The position numbers and the translations under genes were made by a program. This document shows, one piece after another, positions 29,265 to 38,927 of a stretch of 64,000 bases of DNA (position 1 is its first letter; each line of letters starts with the position of its first letter). The DNA is from an uncultured Gemmatimonadales bacterium. GTDB lineage: Bacteria; Gemmatimonadota; Gemmatimonadetes; Gemmatimonadales; GWC2-71-9. The notes under the pieces were generated by a model. It had not been told where the DNA came from and made no database searches. It saw only the letters and a program-made list of their open reading frames with translations. The stretch covers positions 128,001-192,000 of the forward strand of contig CAVSQW010000008.1 of NCBI GenBank assembly GCA_963730185.1, in the 5' to 3' direction.

Positions 29265-30533
29265 TCAGGGCGCGGCCTCGCGGGCCCACGATCGGTCCCG
29301 GAATCGCCAGCCGAGCGCCAGCGGGATCGTGGCGACCAGCGCCACCGCGCCGCCCATGGTGGCGTAGCCCACCGCCGCGAACACCACGCCCGACAGGAGA
29401 CTCCCGACCGCCGACGCGCCCGTCAGCAGGGAGTCGTTGATCCCTTGCACCCGGGACCGTTCCACCTGGCTGAGCCGGTCCGACAGCAGGGTGGAGCCGC
29501 CGACGTAGCAGAGGTTCCAGCCCAGGCCGAGGAGCAGGAGCACCGCGGCCATCGGGAGGAGAGCGATCGACCAGATCGCCCCGATCCCGGCGACGATGAG
29601 GATCCCGGCCCCGGTGGCGATCAGCCGGGCGCGGCCCCAGCGATCGGCCAACCGGCCGGTCACCATCGAGAAGGCGTACATCCCGATCACGTGGCTCGAC
29701 ATCACGGCCGAGATGTGCCCGAGCGAGTGATGGTGGCCCTTCATGTGGAGCGAGCTGATCACCATCAGCATCGACATCACTCCCTGGGCCAGGAGCATCG
29801 AGAGCATGGCGACCTGCACCCAGCGGTCGCGGAGGATCTCGCCCACGCTGCGCGCGGGATGAGGCGCGGCGGTGGGCTCGGCCTCGACCCGAGCCCGTTC
29901 CATGGCGAGCGCCAGGTCGCGGGGCTCGGGTCGGAGCAGGGAGGTGACGACGACGGCCCCCAAGGCGAAGAAGACCAGACTGACCACATACGGACCCAAC
30001 AGCTCGGGAAGGGCCAGCGACTGGGCCCGTTGTGCCGCCGGGGAGACCAGGAGCGGTCCCAGGATCCCGCCCACCGTGCCCCCCATCACCACCGTCGCGA
30101 TGGCCCGTCCCCGCTCGGCTTGCGGGTGCACCTCGGCCGCCACGAACCGGCCCAGCTGCACCGCCGTGTTGGCGCCGCCCATCAGGATCAGGCCGCCGGT
30201 GAAGCTCCAGAAGCGGCCGGCCCGGATCGAGAGCGCGGCGATGGTGGCCCCGAGAATCCCGATGCTGAGGCCGATCGCCATGGTGCGGCGCCGGCCGATC
30301 AGGTCCATCAAGCGTCCCCAGAGGACGGCGCAGGCCGCCCCGCCGCTCCAGTAGAAGAACGCCGGCACCCCGGCCCAGCTCGGCCGGCCCGACAGCGCCG
30401 CCCCGACGATCGGCGTGACGGTGGAGGAGATGAGAAAGCCCGCCGACCCTAACGACTGGGTGGCGAAGAGGGTCCACTTGATCCGGTGGCGTTGGCTGGA
30501 CGAGGTCGCGGCCGTGAGGGGGGAAGGCCCCAT
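29265..30533 (-). CDS. MFS transporter
   Basis: GRLMDLIGRR and GRLADRWGRA MFS motif A; ~12 TM segments. Confidence 0.9.
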   Translation of the reverse strand: MGPSPLTAATSSSQRHRIKWTLFATQSLGSAGFLISSTVTPIVGAALSGRPSWAGVPAFFYWSGGAACAVLWGRLMDLIGRRRTMAIGLSIGILGATIAALSIRAGRFWSFTGGLILMGGANTAVQLGRFVAAEVHPQAERGRAIATVVMGGTVGGILGPLLVSPAAQRAQSLALPELLGPYVVSLVFFALGAVVVTSLLRPEPRDLALAMERARVEAEPTAAPHPARSVGEILRDRWVQVAMLSMLLAQGVMSMLMVISSLHMKGHHHSLGHISAVMSSHVIGMYAFSMVTGRLADRWGRARLIATGAGILIVAGIGAIWSIALLPMAAVLLLLGLGWNLCYVGGSTLLSDRLSQVERSRVQGINDSLLTGASAVGSLLSGVVFAAVGYATMGGAVALVATIPLALGWRFRDRSWAREAAP

Positions 30534-32197
30534 CAGCCACCTCCCGGCGGCGTGCCGCCAACCAGCACGAGGTCGAGCCGAGCCACGGTGCCGGCCCGGG
30601 TCCGCCGGTTCACGAACGGCAGGGTCGGGCGACTCACCCGGAAGTGGTCGAAGGTCCGGACCGTCCCGGGGTCGGGCGTGTCGCCGGTCTGGCGGACCAG
30701 CAGGAGATACGGGCGGGTCGTGACCTGGCTCGTGTCGGCCAGGCGGTCGAGGTAGCGCGGTGGCCGCCGGAGCCCGAAGTCCAACCCCGCGAACTGCTGG
30801 TCCCTCGGCACGATCACGGCGACGTCCGGATAGCGCTCGTTGATGTACTCCGCCGCCCGCCGGCCCCCGTCGTACCAGAGGAGGGTGGGGAAGATCCCCC
30901 GTTCCAGGTAGAGGTTCAGGGCGACGGCCGTGAGCACGGAGGCCAGCAGTAGCTTGACGGCCCGATCCCGGGCGGCCCGCCAGGCAAGTGGCACCGATGC
31001 CACCAGGGCGAGCGCGACCGCGGTCGGTCCGAGGGCTCCGTCCGGGCGAGCCAGGACGCCGAGGGTGGCGCCGACCGCCACCAACAGGGCGAGCAAGCCG
31101 ACCTGGACCCGGCTCAGGAGGGCGAATCTCCCCCCGCTCGTCCGGGCGTGCAGCTCCCCGGCGGTGACGATCGCGAGGAACGGGAAGACGATGTTGAGGT
31201 AGTAGGGCAACTGGAACTTCGACGCCGAGAAGACCAGGAACATCGCTGCCGCCCCGGAGATGGTGTACCACTCGACCGAGTCGCGCGGGCCCCGCCAGAG
31301 CAGCCGAGCCCGGCGACCCACGGCGAGCACCAGGGCGAACGACCAGGGCAGGAACGCCCAGAGCACGGTGTGGAAGTAGTAGAACGGGCTCCACTCCTCC
31401 TGGCGGATCGGCCCGGTGCCGAGGAACCGACCGAACTGGCTGTCCCAGAGGAAGAACCGGATGCCCGAGACCCCGGTCCGGCCGAAGACGACCTTCTCGG
31501 GGTGGCGGTCGAACTGGAAGTAGAGTGCGCCAAGCTCCGGGGTAATGCCGAGTACCGTGACGAGGGCCACCAGTGCCCAGCGGCCCCAGGCGATCCGGGG
31601 GCGGCCCCGGACGAGCCAATGACCGCCCAGCGCCCCCGCGATCGGGATGACCGTGAAGATCCCCTTGGTCATCACGGCCGCGGCGGCGAAAAGCCCGCCC
31701 GCCACCGCCGGACCGAGCCAGCGCTCGTCCTCGGCGACCCGAATCAGGTACCACGTGGCCGCCACCACGAAGCAGGTGAGATACGGCTCGGCCCGGACGT
31801 CGGCGCTGGAAAGGACGATGTGCTGGGCCGTGAGGAGGATGGTGGCGGACCAGAGTCCGATCGTCCGGCTGGTGTATCGAGCGGCCAACCGGTAGGTGTA
31901 GTAGCCGGCGGCGACGATCGCGAGAAAGGCCGGAAGCCGGTAGGCCCACACCGTGACGCCGAAGAGACGGAACGAGGCGGCCGTGAGCCAGAACGGGAGG
32001 TGCGGCTTGTCGAGCCAGTCGAGACCCCAGGCGTACAAGCCGACGTAGTCGCCGCGGCGGACCATGGCGGCGGCCACGCTCGCGTAGAGCGTTGGATCGT
32101 CGTCCATCAGGGGTAGATCGATGGCGACCAGATTCACCAGGACGGCCAGGGCCAGCGCCAACCAGGTGAGCCGCCGATCGCGAAGGGCCGAATTCAT
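30533..32197 (-). CDS. ArnT/PMT-like GT-C glycosyltransferase
   Basis: DDxxxYA, DKPHLPFW, MTKG, FLPWS and KFQLPYY; multi-TM. Confidence 0.87.
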   Translation of the reverse strand: MNSALRDRRLTWLALALAVLVNLVAIDLPLMDDDPTLYASVAAAMVRRGDYVGLYAWGLDWLDKPHLPFWLTAASFRLFGVTVWAYRLPAFLAIVAAGYYTYRLAARYTSRTIGLWSATILLTAQHIVLSSADVRAEPYLTCFVVAATWYLIRVAEDERWLGPAVAGGLFAAAAVMTKGIFTVIPIAGALGGHWLVRGRPRIAWGRWALVALVTVLGITPELGALYFQFDRHPEKVVFGRTGVSGIRFFLWDSQFGRFLGTGPIRQEEWSPFYYFHTVLWAFLPWSFALVLAVGRRARLLWRGPRDSVEWYTISGAAAMFLVFSASKFQLPYYLNIVFPFLAIVTAGELHARTSGGRFALLSRVQVGLLALLVAVGATLGVLARPDGALGPTAVALALVASVPLAWRAARDRAVKLLLASVLTAVALNLYLERGIFPTLLWYDGGRRAAEYINERYPDVAVIVPRDQQFAGLDFGLRRPPRYLDRLADTSQVTTRPYLLLVRQTGDTPDPGTVRTFDHFRVSRPTLPFVNRRTRAGTVARLDLVLVGGTPPGGG

Positions 32198-32312
32198 CGG
32201 GCGGATTGTACAGCGGAAGGTAGGTCCGGACCACTCGCCGGGCTGCTGGACCCGGCCGTGGGGGCGGGGCGGGGTGTTGTCCGACGTCGGTCGGCCGGTC
32301 CAGATTCCGGCC

Positions 32313-33347
32313 ATGCTGAACCACGACGAGGTCGCCGAGTTCCTGGCCGCCGAATTTCCCGCGCTGCGGGTCGTCGCCCGATGGGCCGATCCGGAGCTCC
32401 GGCTTCCTCCGGCCCGGGCCCGGATCTTCGTACCCGACCTGCACCTCCTCGCCGAGTCCGATGCGGCCCAGTATCCCACCACCCGCTTCAAGCTCCGGAA
32501 CGAGCTCCGCCGGTTCCTGGCCGCCTTGGTCCGTTTCAAGAACGACCACCCGGGTGAGCTCGAGGTGCTCCATCTTGGCGACCTGTTCGACCTCTGGCGC
32601 GCGCGAGGCCCCGGCACCGTGAAGGAAAAGGTCGACGCCATCGTCGCCGACTACCGAGACGAGGTGGCCGCGCTCTTCCGGGGTCCGCCGGTCGGCGTCC
32701 GAGCCGGGCTGGTGGCGGGCAACCACGACTACGATCTCCACTACCTGGCCGAGTGGAACGCGCTCCGGTTCGCCTTTCTGAACGACAGCCCGGCAGGCCA
32801 GCCCGATGCGCTGGCGCTGCACGGTGACCAGTTCGATTTCGTCGAGCGGATCGTCCCGCATCCGCTTCGAGCCGCGATGGTGAGGTTGTTCCGCCAGACG
32901 GCGTCGGCCGGACACGAGCTGGACCAGGAGCAGGCGGCCGACGTGCTGGCCTTGAACGACCAGCTTCCCCGCGGCGACCAGGTCGCCGGGACCGGTCTCA
33001 CGGACCTGGCGCCCCCCGATGGCCTGGCGGCGGGCTCCACCAACGTGATCCACTGGAGCCCGCAGGTGGGACGGATCGGCCGGTTCTTCGAGCCGGCCCG
33101 TCAGCTGGCCGTGGCGCTCAAGGGCCGCGGCCGGGACATCCGGCTGGTGATCTGCGGCCACTCACACCACGCCCGGATCGTGGTCGGCGATCGCGGCGAC
33201 GGCGTGACGATGGCGCTGGTGGACTGCGGCGCCTGGCTCGGCCAGTGCCGGTTTGGCCCGGGCTCTCCCTGGCGGCCGAGCGCCCAGCTGGGCGTGTTGG
33301 TCGGGAACGACGCCCGGATCTACCAGTTGGGGGCGGGTAGTGACTAG
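32313..33347 (+). CDS. Calcineurin-like metallophosphoesterase
   Basis: DLH, GDLFD, GNHD, HGD and GHSH motifs. Confidence 0.85.
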   Translation: MLNHDEVAEFLAAEFPALRVVARWADPELRLPPARARIFVPDLHLLAESDAAQYPTTRFKLRNELRRFLAALVRFKNDHPGELEVLHLGDLFDLWRARGPGTVKEKVDAIVADYRDEVAALFRGPPVGVRAGLVAGNHDYDLHYLAEWNALRFAFLNDSPAGQPDALALHGDQFDFVERIVPHPLRAAMVRLFRQTASAGHELDQEQAADVLALNDQLPRGDQVAGTGLTDLAPPDGLAAGSTNVIHWSPQVGRIGRFFEPARQLAVALKGRGRDIRLVICGHSHHARIVVGDRGDGVTMALVDCGAWLGQCRFGPGSPWRPSAQLGVLVGNDARIYQLGAGSD

Positions 33348-33459
33348 GGAGTTGTGACTCGTGACTGGGGAGGGAGTGGTGATTGTGACTGGGGAGGGAG
33401 TGGTGGCCCCCACTCACGACTCCCTCCCTAGTCACCATTCACAACTCCCAAGTCACTAC
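33337..33459. repeat. Long imperfect inverted repeat with an internal direct repeat between convergent genes
   Basis: 46-nt arms 33337-33382 and 33414-33459 (41/46 complementary); GTGACTGGGGAGGGAGTGGTG repeated at 33361 and 33385. Confidence 0.85.
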
Positions 33460-34304
33460 TCGTCGCCGTCCCCGCCCACCGGGCGTTCCCGACGATCCCA
33501 AACACGATCCACAGGGCGACGACGGTCAGGATCCCCGACTCTCCGATCCAGAGCGCGGACGAGGCGCCGGTGGTGGCTCGGTCGAACACGTCTTGGATCA
33601 CGACGTTCCAGGCGGCGTGGGCGACGACGCAGGGCCAGACGCTTCCGCTCGCCATTCGCCAGCGGGCCATCAGCAGTCCCACCGGGGTGATCGCGGCGAA
33701 GAAGAGCAGCGCGGAGAGGAGCGGGTAGGGTCCGACCGCGTAGCCGCCCCAGAGGATCAGAGGCACGTGCCAGAAGCACCAGATCCACGAGCTGGTGAGA
33801 TAAGGAGCGGGCGCCCCGGCTTCGACCAGCCGGGGCACCAGGTAGCCGCGCCACCCGAGCTCTTCGCCGAAGGCGGAGATCCCGCTGAAGAGCGTGCCGA
33901 TCGTGAGGGCCAGCGGAATCGACAGGGCCAGTCGGAGCGCCGGACTCGAGACGCCGCGCCAGCCACCCCTCCACCGGGGGACTGAAGCCGGCCAGGCCCG
34001 TGGTCCACGCGACCCCGTAGACGGCCAGGCCGATGGCCACCGGCAGGAGCCACGCGGCCAGCGACGCCTTGGTGCCGGTACGTCCACCCCACCGGAACGA
34101 TACGTCGCCGAACCCTTCCCGCCCCACCAGCCTCGCGACGATCGATGAGAGCGCCGGCACGTACATGAGCGGGAGGACCAGCCGGCCGGCCGGTCCCATG
34201 AGCCCGCCGTGGGTGATGATCCAGCCCTCGAGCGCGGCGGAGAGGATCACCACCAGGCTGAGGTAGATGACGAGGCCGCGTCGGGCTTGGGCTCGCGTTC
34301 GCAT
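33428..34304 (-). CDS. CPBP (CAAX/Abi) intramembrane protease (frameshift near 33955)
   Basis: N-terminal TMs in one frame; EELGWRGYL, FWH and HAAWN in the next frame. Confidence 0.82.
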
Positions 34305-34378
34305 GGGCGCGCCGGGGTCGAGGTCGAAGTCGTCAAACGATCCGTTCGAGACTGAAACGATCGACCCCAGCGATCGGC

Positions 34379-34762
34379 CTATCGGCCCGGCTCGACACCC
34401 TTCGAGGTGGCCGGCCGCGGCGAGGGCTTGAGCAGGCGTTCACCCAGGAGGTAGACCAGCCCGTGGTGGACGGCGGAGACGAAAGCCAGACTCCACCCGA
34501 GGGCGGCCTGGCCGGCGGCGTACCAGGCCCAGGCTGCCAGGCCGGAGACGGCCAACTCCTGCCCCAACCGGAGGGGCTCGGCCAGCCGCCCGGCGCTCCG
34601 AAAGTCGACCAGTCCCCAGAAGCCGAAGCCGAACAGCGGCACCCCGATCGCCAGCAGGCCGCGGCTCCACCCCCGCAGCCCGGCGTGCCACCCCCACCAG
34701 CCGAAGGCGATCACGATCCCGAGCTCCATCAGAGCCCGGAGCGCCAGGTTGAATCGCCGCAC
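34379..34762 (-). CDS. YrdB/DUF2568 family membrane protein
   Basis: NLALRALMELG..FGWWG...FWG pattern; 4 TM. Alternative ATG at 34804. Confidence 0.72.
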   Translation of the reverse strand: MRRFNLALRALMELGIVIAFGWWGWHAGLRGWSRGLLAIGVPLFGFGFWGLVDFRSAGRLAEPLRLGQELAVSGLAAWAWYAAGQAALGWSLAFVSAVHHGLVYLLGERLLKPSPRPATSKGVEPGR

Positions 34763-34933
34763 GGCGCGTCCTTCCCCGGTGGTGAACGAAGCCTGTCGGA
34801 TCATGGACCAGTCGTCGCCGGGCGGCAACCCCGCCGTGGGCCAACGAATCGGCCTTCGCGGTCGTCGAGCAAGGCCCGCTCTCCCGGAGCCGGCAGGCTT
34901 GCGATCCGTGGTAGACCGGCGACACATTGCGAA

Positions 34934-35611
34934 ATGGACGTTCGCTGGTCCCAACCCGGTGTGCTGGTCGTGGCTCTTGTCGCGGGCGCGTGCAGCCACC
35001 GCGGCGCGACGCTCACCCCGCCCACCACCGGCGACGATTTCACGCAGTACGTGATTGGACGGTTCGGCGCCGTCCCGATCGCCGCCTGCCCACCCAGCCC
35101 GCTTCATCTCGGCGCCACCGACTCGGTGCGGACCGAGCACCTCTTCCTGACCCTCAATCTCCCGGTAGGGTTCGAGCAGGGGCCCCGCCGGTTGAACGTC
35201 TCGCGCGTCGCGGCCGCCGGCGGCGTCCTCGAGGGAGAGCAGTGGCTCCCGGGCCTCACCATCGAGGCCGTCTTCTGGAATCGGTGGACCCGCTACGAAG
35301 GCAGGCCGGGCGCGGACGTCGACGCGCCGATGACGCTGGTGCAGCTGGTCAAGCGCCGGGGCTATCCCCGGTTCGCCGCCGCGGCTCCCTGGGAATTCGC
35401 GCAGGGCAAGGAATGCCTGCTTCGGTTCGCGGGCCGGACGGCTCGGGTCTTCCAGTTCGAGCTGGTGCGGCGGGGCATCCGGCCGGTCTGGGGCGTGGAG
35501 GCCTACTGGCTGGGCCGCCCGGCCGACGGCTACCTCGGTTTCTTCGGCCTGGCCCCGAGCGAGGCGGCGGCGGCCGAGCTGATGGCGATCATCGCGGCGA
35601 TCGATCCCTGA
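34934..35611 (+). CDS. Hypothetical lipoprotein
   Basis: Lipobox-like VAGAC after a hydrophobic stretch. Confidence 0.6.
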   Translation: MDVRWSQPGVLVVALVAGACSHRGATLTPPTTGDDFTQYVIGRFGAVPIAACPPSPLHLGATDSVRTEHLFLTLNLPVGFEQGPRRLNVSRVAAAGGVLEGEQWLPGLTIEAVFWNRWTRYEGRPGADVDAPMTLVQLVKRRGYPRFAAAAPWEFAQGKECLLRFAGRTARVFQFELVRRGIRPVWGVEAYWLGRPADGYLGFFGLAPSEAAAAELMAIIAAIDP

Positions 35612-35620
35612 AGCGGCGGG

Positions 35621-37039
35621 TCAGGATCCGCCCCGAAGCCGGGCGGGGAGGAAGGCCGAGGGCCGGGCCGGACGCCCGTCCTGGATGACCCACGCGATCC
35701 GCCGCGTGTTGCGAATGTCGGCCAGCGGATCGGCGTCCAGCGCCACCAGGTCGGCCCGCTTTCCCACCTCGATCGTCCCCAGCTCCGAGATCAGTCCCAG
35801 CGCCATCGCGCCGTTCCGGGTGGCGGCCCGGAGCACCTCCGCGTTGGAGAGACCGGCCCGGGCCAGGAGCTCGAGCTCGCGGTGGTACATCCAGGGATTC
35901 GCGGCGTCGGTGCCGGCGGTCAGGGGCACCCCGGCGTCGTGGAGGCGCCGGGCCAGCTCCAGCATCAGCGGGAACGCCCGCTGGGCCCGGACGTAGTCGC
36001 TGTCGGCCCAGCCCCGGAGCCCGCGGCCGGCATCCCGCGTCTTGGCGAGGATCGCCGGCGGGACGAACCGGTCCGATTCGGCCGGATAGAAGGCCGAGTC
36101 GGCCGACCAGGCCGTGCTCTCGAAGGCCACCAGGGTCGGGTCGATCGAGACGTGGTGCGCCGTCAAGGCGCCGATCATCTCCCGGATCTCGGGGCCGTCG
36201 AAGTCGGCCTCGAGAAACCAGTCGAACATGAACTGGCCCCCGCGAATGCTCTTCACGAACGCGGCCCGGCGCCCGGGGGGCAGCAAGGCCTCGTTGTTGA
36301 CGATGATGTGGGTGATCCCGTCGATCCCGTCGTTGGCCGCGTCCGTCCACGAGGTGCGCCAGAGATGGCCGATCACCCGGAGCCCCAGGCGATGGGCCTC
36401 GTCGATCGCGGCGCGCACCTGAGCGGAATCGAGCCCCGAGTACACCTTGATCAGGTCGACCCCGGCCTCGGCTTGCCGCCGCACCGCCGCGCGGACCTCC
36501 GCCTCCGTCGTGACCGCATCCATCGCGGTGTTGGGGCCGGGCCGATCGAGCGGTGCGCCGGCCGTCACGATCCGGGGCCCGGTCAGCTCGCCCCACCGAA
36601 CCCGGTTCCGGAGCGACACCGTCTTGTCTGTCGGACCGGCCGGATTTCGCACGGTGGTGATTCCGAAGGCCAGCTGGCTCCGGGTCAGCTCCCGGGTCGA
36701 CGCCTCGTCGTAGGGAAAGCGGAGCACCGGCGTGGGGCCGCTCGAGTCCACCTCCCAGGCGGCGATCGCCAGGTGCCCGTGCATCTCGATGAAGCCGGGC
36801 ACGAGGTAGCGGCCGGTGAGGTCCACGACCCGGGCGCCACGGGGCACCACGAGAGCCGAGTCGGGCGTCACGGCCGTGATCCACCCGTTCCGGATCACCA
36901 CCGACGTCCGAGCCGCCGCCGGCCGCTCCGTGCCGTCGATCACGGTGGCGTTCCGGAGCACGGTGATCCGGCTCTGAGCGGAGAGGCCGGCGGCGAGCGT
37001 GCCCGACAGGGCCGCCGCTGCGGCCACACGGGTGAGCAT
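35621..37039 (-). CDS. Exported amidohydrolase family protein
   Basis: PGFIEMHGH, GITTVR, AGTD and GKRADLV. Confidence 0.88.
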   Translation of the reverse strand: MLTRVAAAAALSGTLAAGLSAQSRITVLRNATVIDGTERPAAARTSVVIRNGWITAVTPDSALVVPRGARVVDLTGRYLVPGFIEMHGHLAIAAWEVDSSGPTPVLRFPYDEASTRELTRSQLAFGITTVRNPAGPTDKTVSLRNRVRWGELTGPRIVTAGAPLDRPGPNTAMDAVTTEAEVRAAVRRQAEAGVDLIKVYSGLDSAQVRAAIDEAHRLGLRVIGHLWRTSWTDAANDGIDGITHIIVNNEALLPPGRRAAFVKSIRGGQFMFDWFLEADFDGPEIREMIGALTAHHVSIDPTLVAFESTAWSADSAFYPAESDRFVPPAILAKTRDAGRGLRGWADSDYVRAQRAFPLMLELARRLHDAGVPLTAGTDAANPWMYHRELELLARAGLSNAEVLRAATRNGAMALGLISELGTIEVGKRADLVALDADPLADIRNTRRIAWVIQDGRPARPSAFLPARLRGGS

Positions 37040-37611
37040 GAGGCGATCCGGGGTGAAGGTCGGGAAGGTAGTCCCTCGCACCCTGGGAAACTTACGTCCG
37101 GATGCCGGCTACGGCGCAGGGCCTTGCCGATCATCGCCCGCGCCGCCCCCGCTTCGGGGTCGAACTCGCCGATCCACCGGTGAGCGATCCGTCCCCGCCG
37201 GTCCAGCAGGAAGGTCTCCGGTACCCCCATCGTGCGGAGGGTGCGCTCGATCCGCTTCGACGGATCCCGGAGGATCGTGAAGCCGATGTCGTGTTCGGTA
37301 ACGAACGCCCGGACGGCCTCGTCCCGTCCCGGGTCGTCGACGCTCACCCCGAGCACCGTGAGCCCGCTGTCGGCGTAGTCCCGGGCCACGCGGGCCAGGG
37401 CCGGCATCTCGCGCCGGCAGGGAATGCACCAGGTGGCCCAGACGTTGAGCAGCACTACCCGCCCGGCCAGTCCCGCCAGGCGGACGGAATCGCCGTCGAG
37501 CGCCCGGGCCGAGTAGGCCGGCGCCGGGTCGCCGGTGACGAGGGGCCGGAACGCGTCGGGCCGGCCGCAGGCCGCGGCGCCTGCCAGGGCGAGGAGCGCC
37601 AGCCGTCTCAC
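36940..37611 (-). CDS. TlpA family thiol-disulfide reductase lipoprotein
   Basis: NVWATWCIPCRREMP, GVPETF and lipobox AAAC; GTGA overlap with the upstream gene. True stop is probably TAG at 37109 if one base is missing near 37115. Confidence 0.88.
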   Translation of the reverse strand: MRRLALLALAGAAACGRPDAFRPLVTGDPAPAYSARALDGDSVRLAGLAGRVVLLNVWATWCIPCRREMPALARVARDYADSGLTVLGVSVDDPGRDEAVRAFVTEHDIGFTILRDPSKRIERTLRTMGVPETFLLDRRGRIAHRWIGEFDPEAGAARAMIGKALRRSRHPDVSFPGCEGLPSRPSPRIASCSPVWPQRRPCRARSPPASPLRAGSPCSGTPP

Positions 37612-38927
37612 GAGCCGCCGTCCGCCGCCAGGGTGGCCCGCCGGACCATGACCCGGGCCTCCCCCACCGCCTGGAGGCCCATCGGCGCGTTCTTGGGCCG
37701 CGCGGCCGCCGCCTCCGCGGCGGCCTTGGCGCTCGCGGCGTTCTCCTCCGACCAGGCCACCGTCACCTCTCGGCCCGCGATCGCCAGCACCGGAAAGCTG
37801 GCCGCGCGGCCGGGGTCGCTCAGAGGCAGGGCGGGGCCAAAGGTCTCGCCGCCGTCGGCGGAGACCCGGAGCACGATCCGGGGCGTCTCGACGGTGCCGT
37901 CGTCCCATGCGACCGCGACGGTGCCGGCCGGGCCGAGCGCCATTTGGACGTGGGCCGGCCGGGAGTATTGGGCCAGGCCGAGCGCCACGGGCGGGCCGAA
38001 GCTGGCGCCGCCGTCGTCGGAGCGGGCGTAGGCCACCCCGGCCCGGCCCTCCTTGCCGGTCCACCACGCCACGTGCAGCCGGTCGGCCGAGTCCACCTGG
38101 ATCGACGGGCCGGCGTGGGGACAGCCGGGGTAGACCCAGTCGTCGGCGTGGACCCGGACCGGCGCCCGCCAGGTGGCGCCGTGGTCGTCGGACCGGGCCA
38201 CCACGATGTCGCGCACGCTGCCGGGAAAGACCATCCGCCAGGCCACGTAGACCGCGCCCCCCGCCGAGGTGGCCAGCGCGGTCCGGCAGCAGGGGCAGGC
38301 CTCGCCGGTGGCGACCGGGCGGTTGGCCTCCCAGGTCTCCCCGCCGTCGGTGGAGCGGGTTATGTACGCGGCCGAGGCCCCGTCGCGGCTGTCCAGCCAG
38401 GCCAGGTAGAGCGAGCCGTCGGCCGCGGCGTGAAGGGCGTGGAAGTTGTGCGTCCCGAACTCGGCGTCGTCGGTGACCGTGGCGGGCGCCGTCCAGGTGG
38501 CGCCCCGGTCGGTCGACCGGGTAAAGCGGAGGGCCGCGAGCGGGAACCGCCGTCCGGGCACCAGCTTGGGCACGACGTAGATGGCGTTGAGGGTGCCGTC
38601 CGGCCCGTAGGCCAGCTTGGGGGGCGACTCGCCGTGAGCCTCGATCGGGCCCAGCGGGTCGCGGAGCTCGGCCGGCGGCCGGTTGCCGACCGAGACGTAG
38701 AGCCGCGCCTCGGTGCCGCTGTCCGGGGCCGAGACCCAGGCCACCGCCCGGGTCAGGTCGGGCGACACCGCGAACATCGGCGCCACCCCGACCGCGGTCG
38801 CGGTGATCGGCTCGGCCTCGCCCAACAGGGTCACCGCGGGGCCGTCGGCGCCCCGCGGGTGGCAGGCGGCGATCGTGCCGATCGCCGCCAGGACGACGAG
38901 AGCCGGAAGACGTCGGAGCCGGCTCAT
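37608..38927 (-). CDS. BNR/Asp-box (sialidase-like beta-propeller) lipoprotein
   Basis: Five S-x-D-x-G-x-T/S-W/F Asp boxes, ACPCC and GCPHAGP motifs, lipobox IAAC. Confidence 0.85.
   Translation of the reverse strand: MSRLRRLPALVVLAAIGTIAACHPRGADGPAVTLLGEAEPITATAVGVAPMFAVSPDLTRAVAWVSAPDSGTEARLYVSVGNRPPAELRDPLGPIEAHGESPPKLAYGPDGTLNAIYVVPKLVPGRRFPLAALRFTRSTDRGATWTAPATVTDDAEFGTHNFHALHAAADGSLYLAWLDSRDGASAAYITRSTDGGETWEANRPVATGEACPCCRTALATSAGGAVYVAWRMVFPGSVRDIVVARSDDHGATWRAPVRVHADDWVYPGCPHAGPSIQVDSADRLHVAWWTGKEGRAGVAYARSDDGGASFGPPVALGLAQYSRPAHVQMALGPAGTVAVAWDDGTVETPRIVLRVSADGGETFGPALPLSDPGRAASFPVLAIAGREVTVAWSEENAASAKAAAEAAAARPKNAPMGLQAVGEARVMVRRATLAADGGS

Noticed and set aside
29265..33161. 1298-aa ORF as a giant fusion protein
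   Set aside because: Only 29265-30533 is MFS-like; the rest is a stop-free shadow frame over the glycosyltransferase and phosphoesterase genes.
32313..33347. lpxH assignment
   Set aside because: It has GNHD rather than the LpxH GNRD and a longer architecture, so it is left as a generic metallophosphoesterase.
33337..33459. Possible CRISPR array
   Set aside because: Only two direct units with a 3-nt gap, no unique spacers and no cas genes.
37608..38927. True sialidase
   Set aside because: Asp boxes are present but no FRIP/RIP catalytic motif is seen, and the context suggests metal handling.
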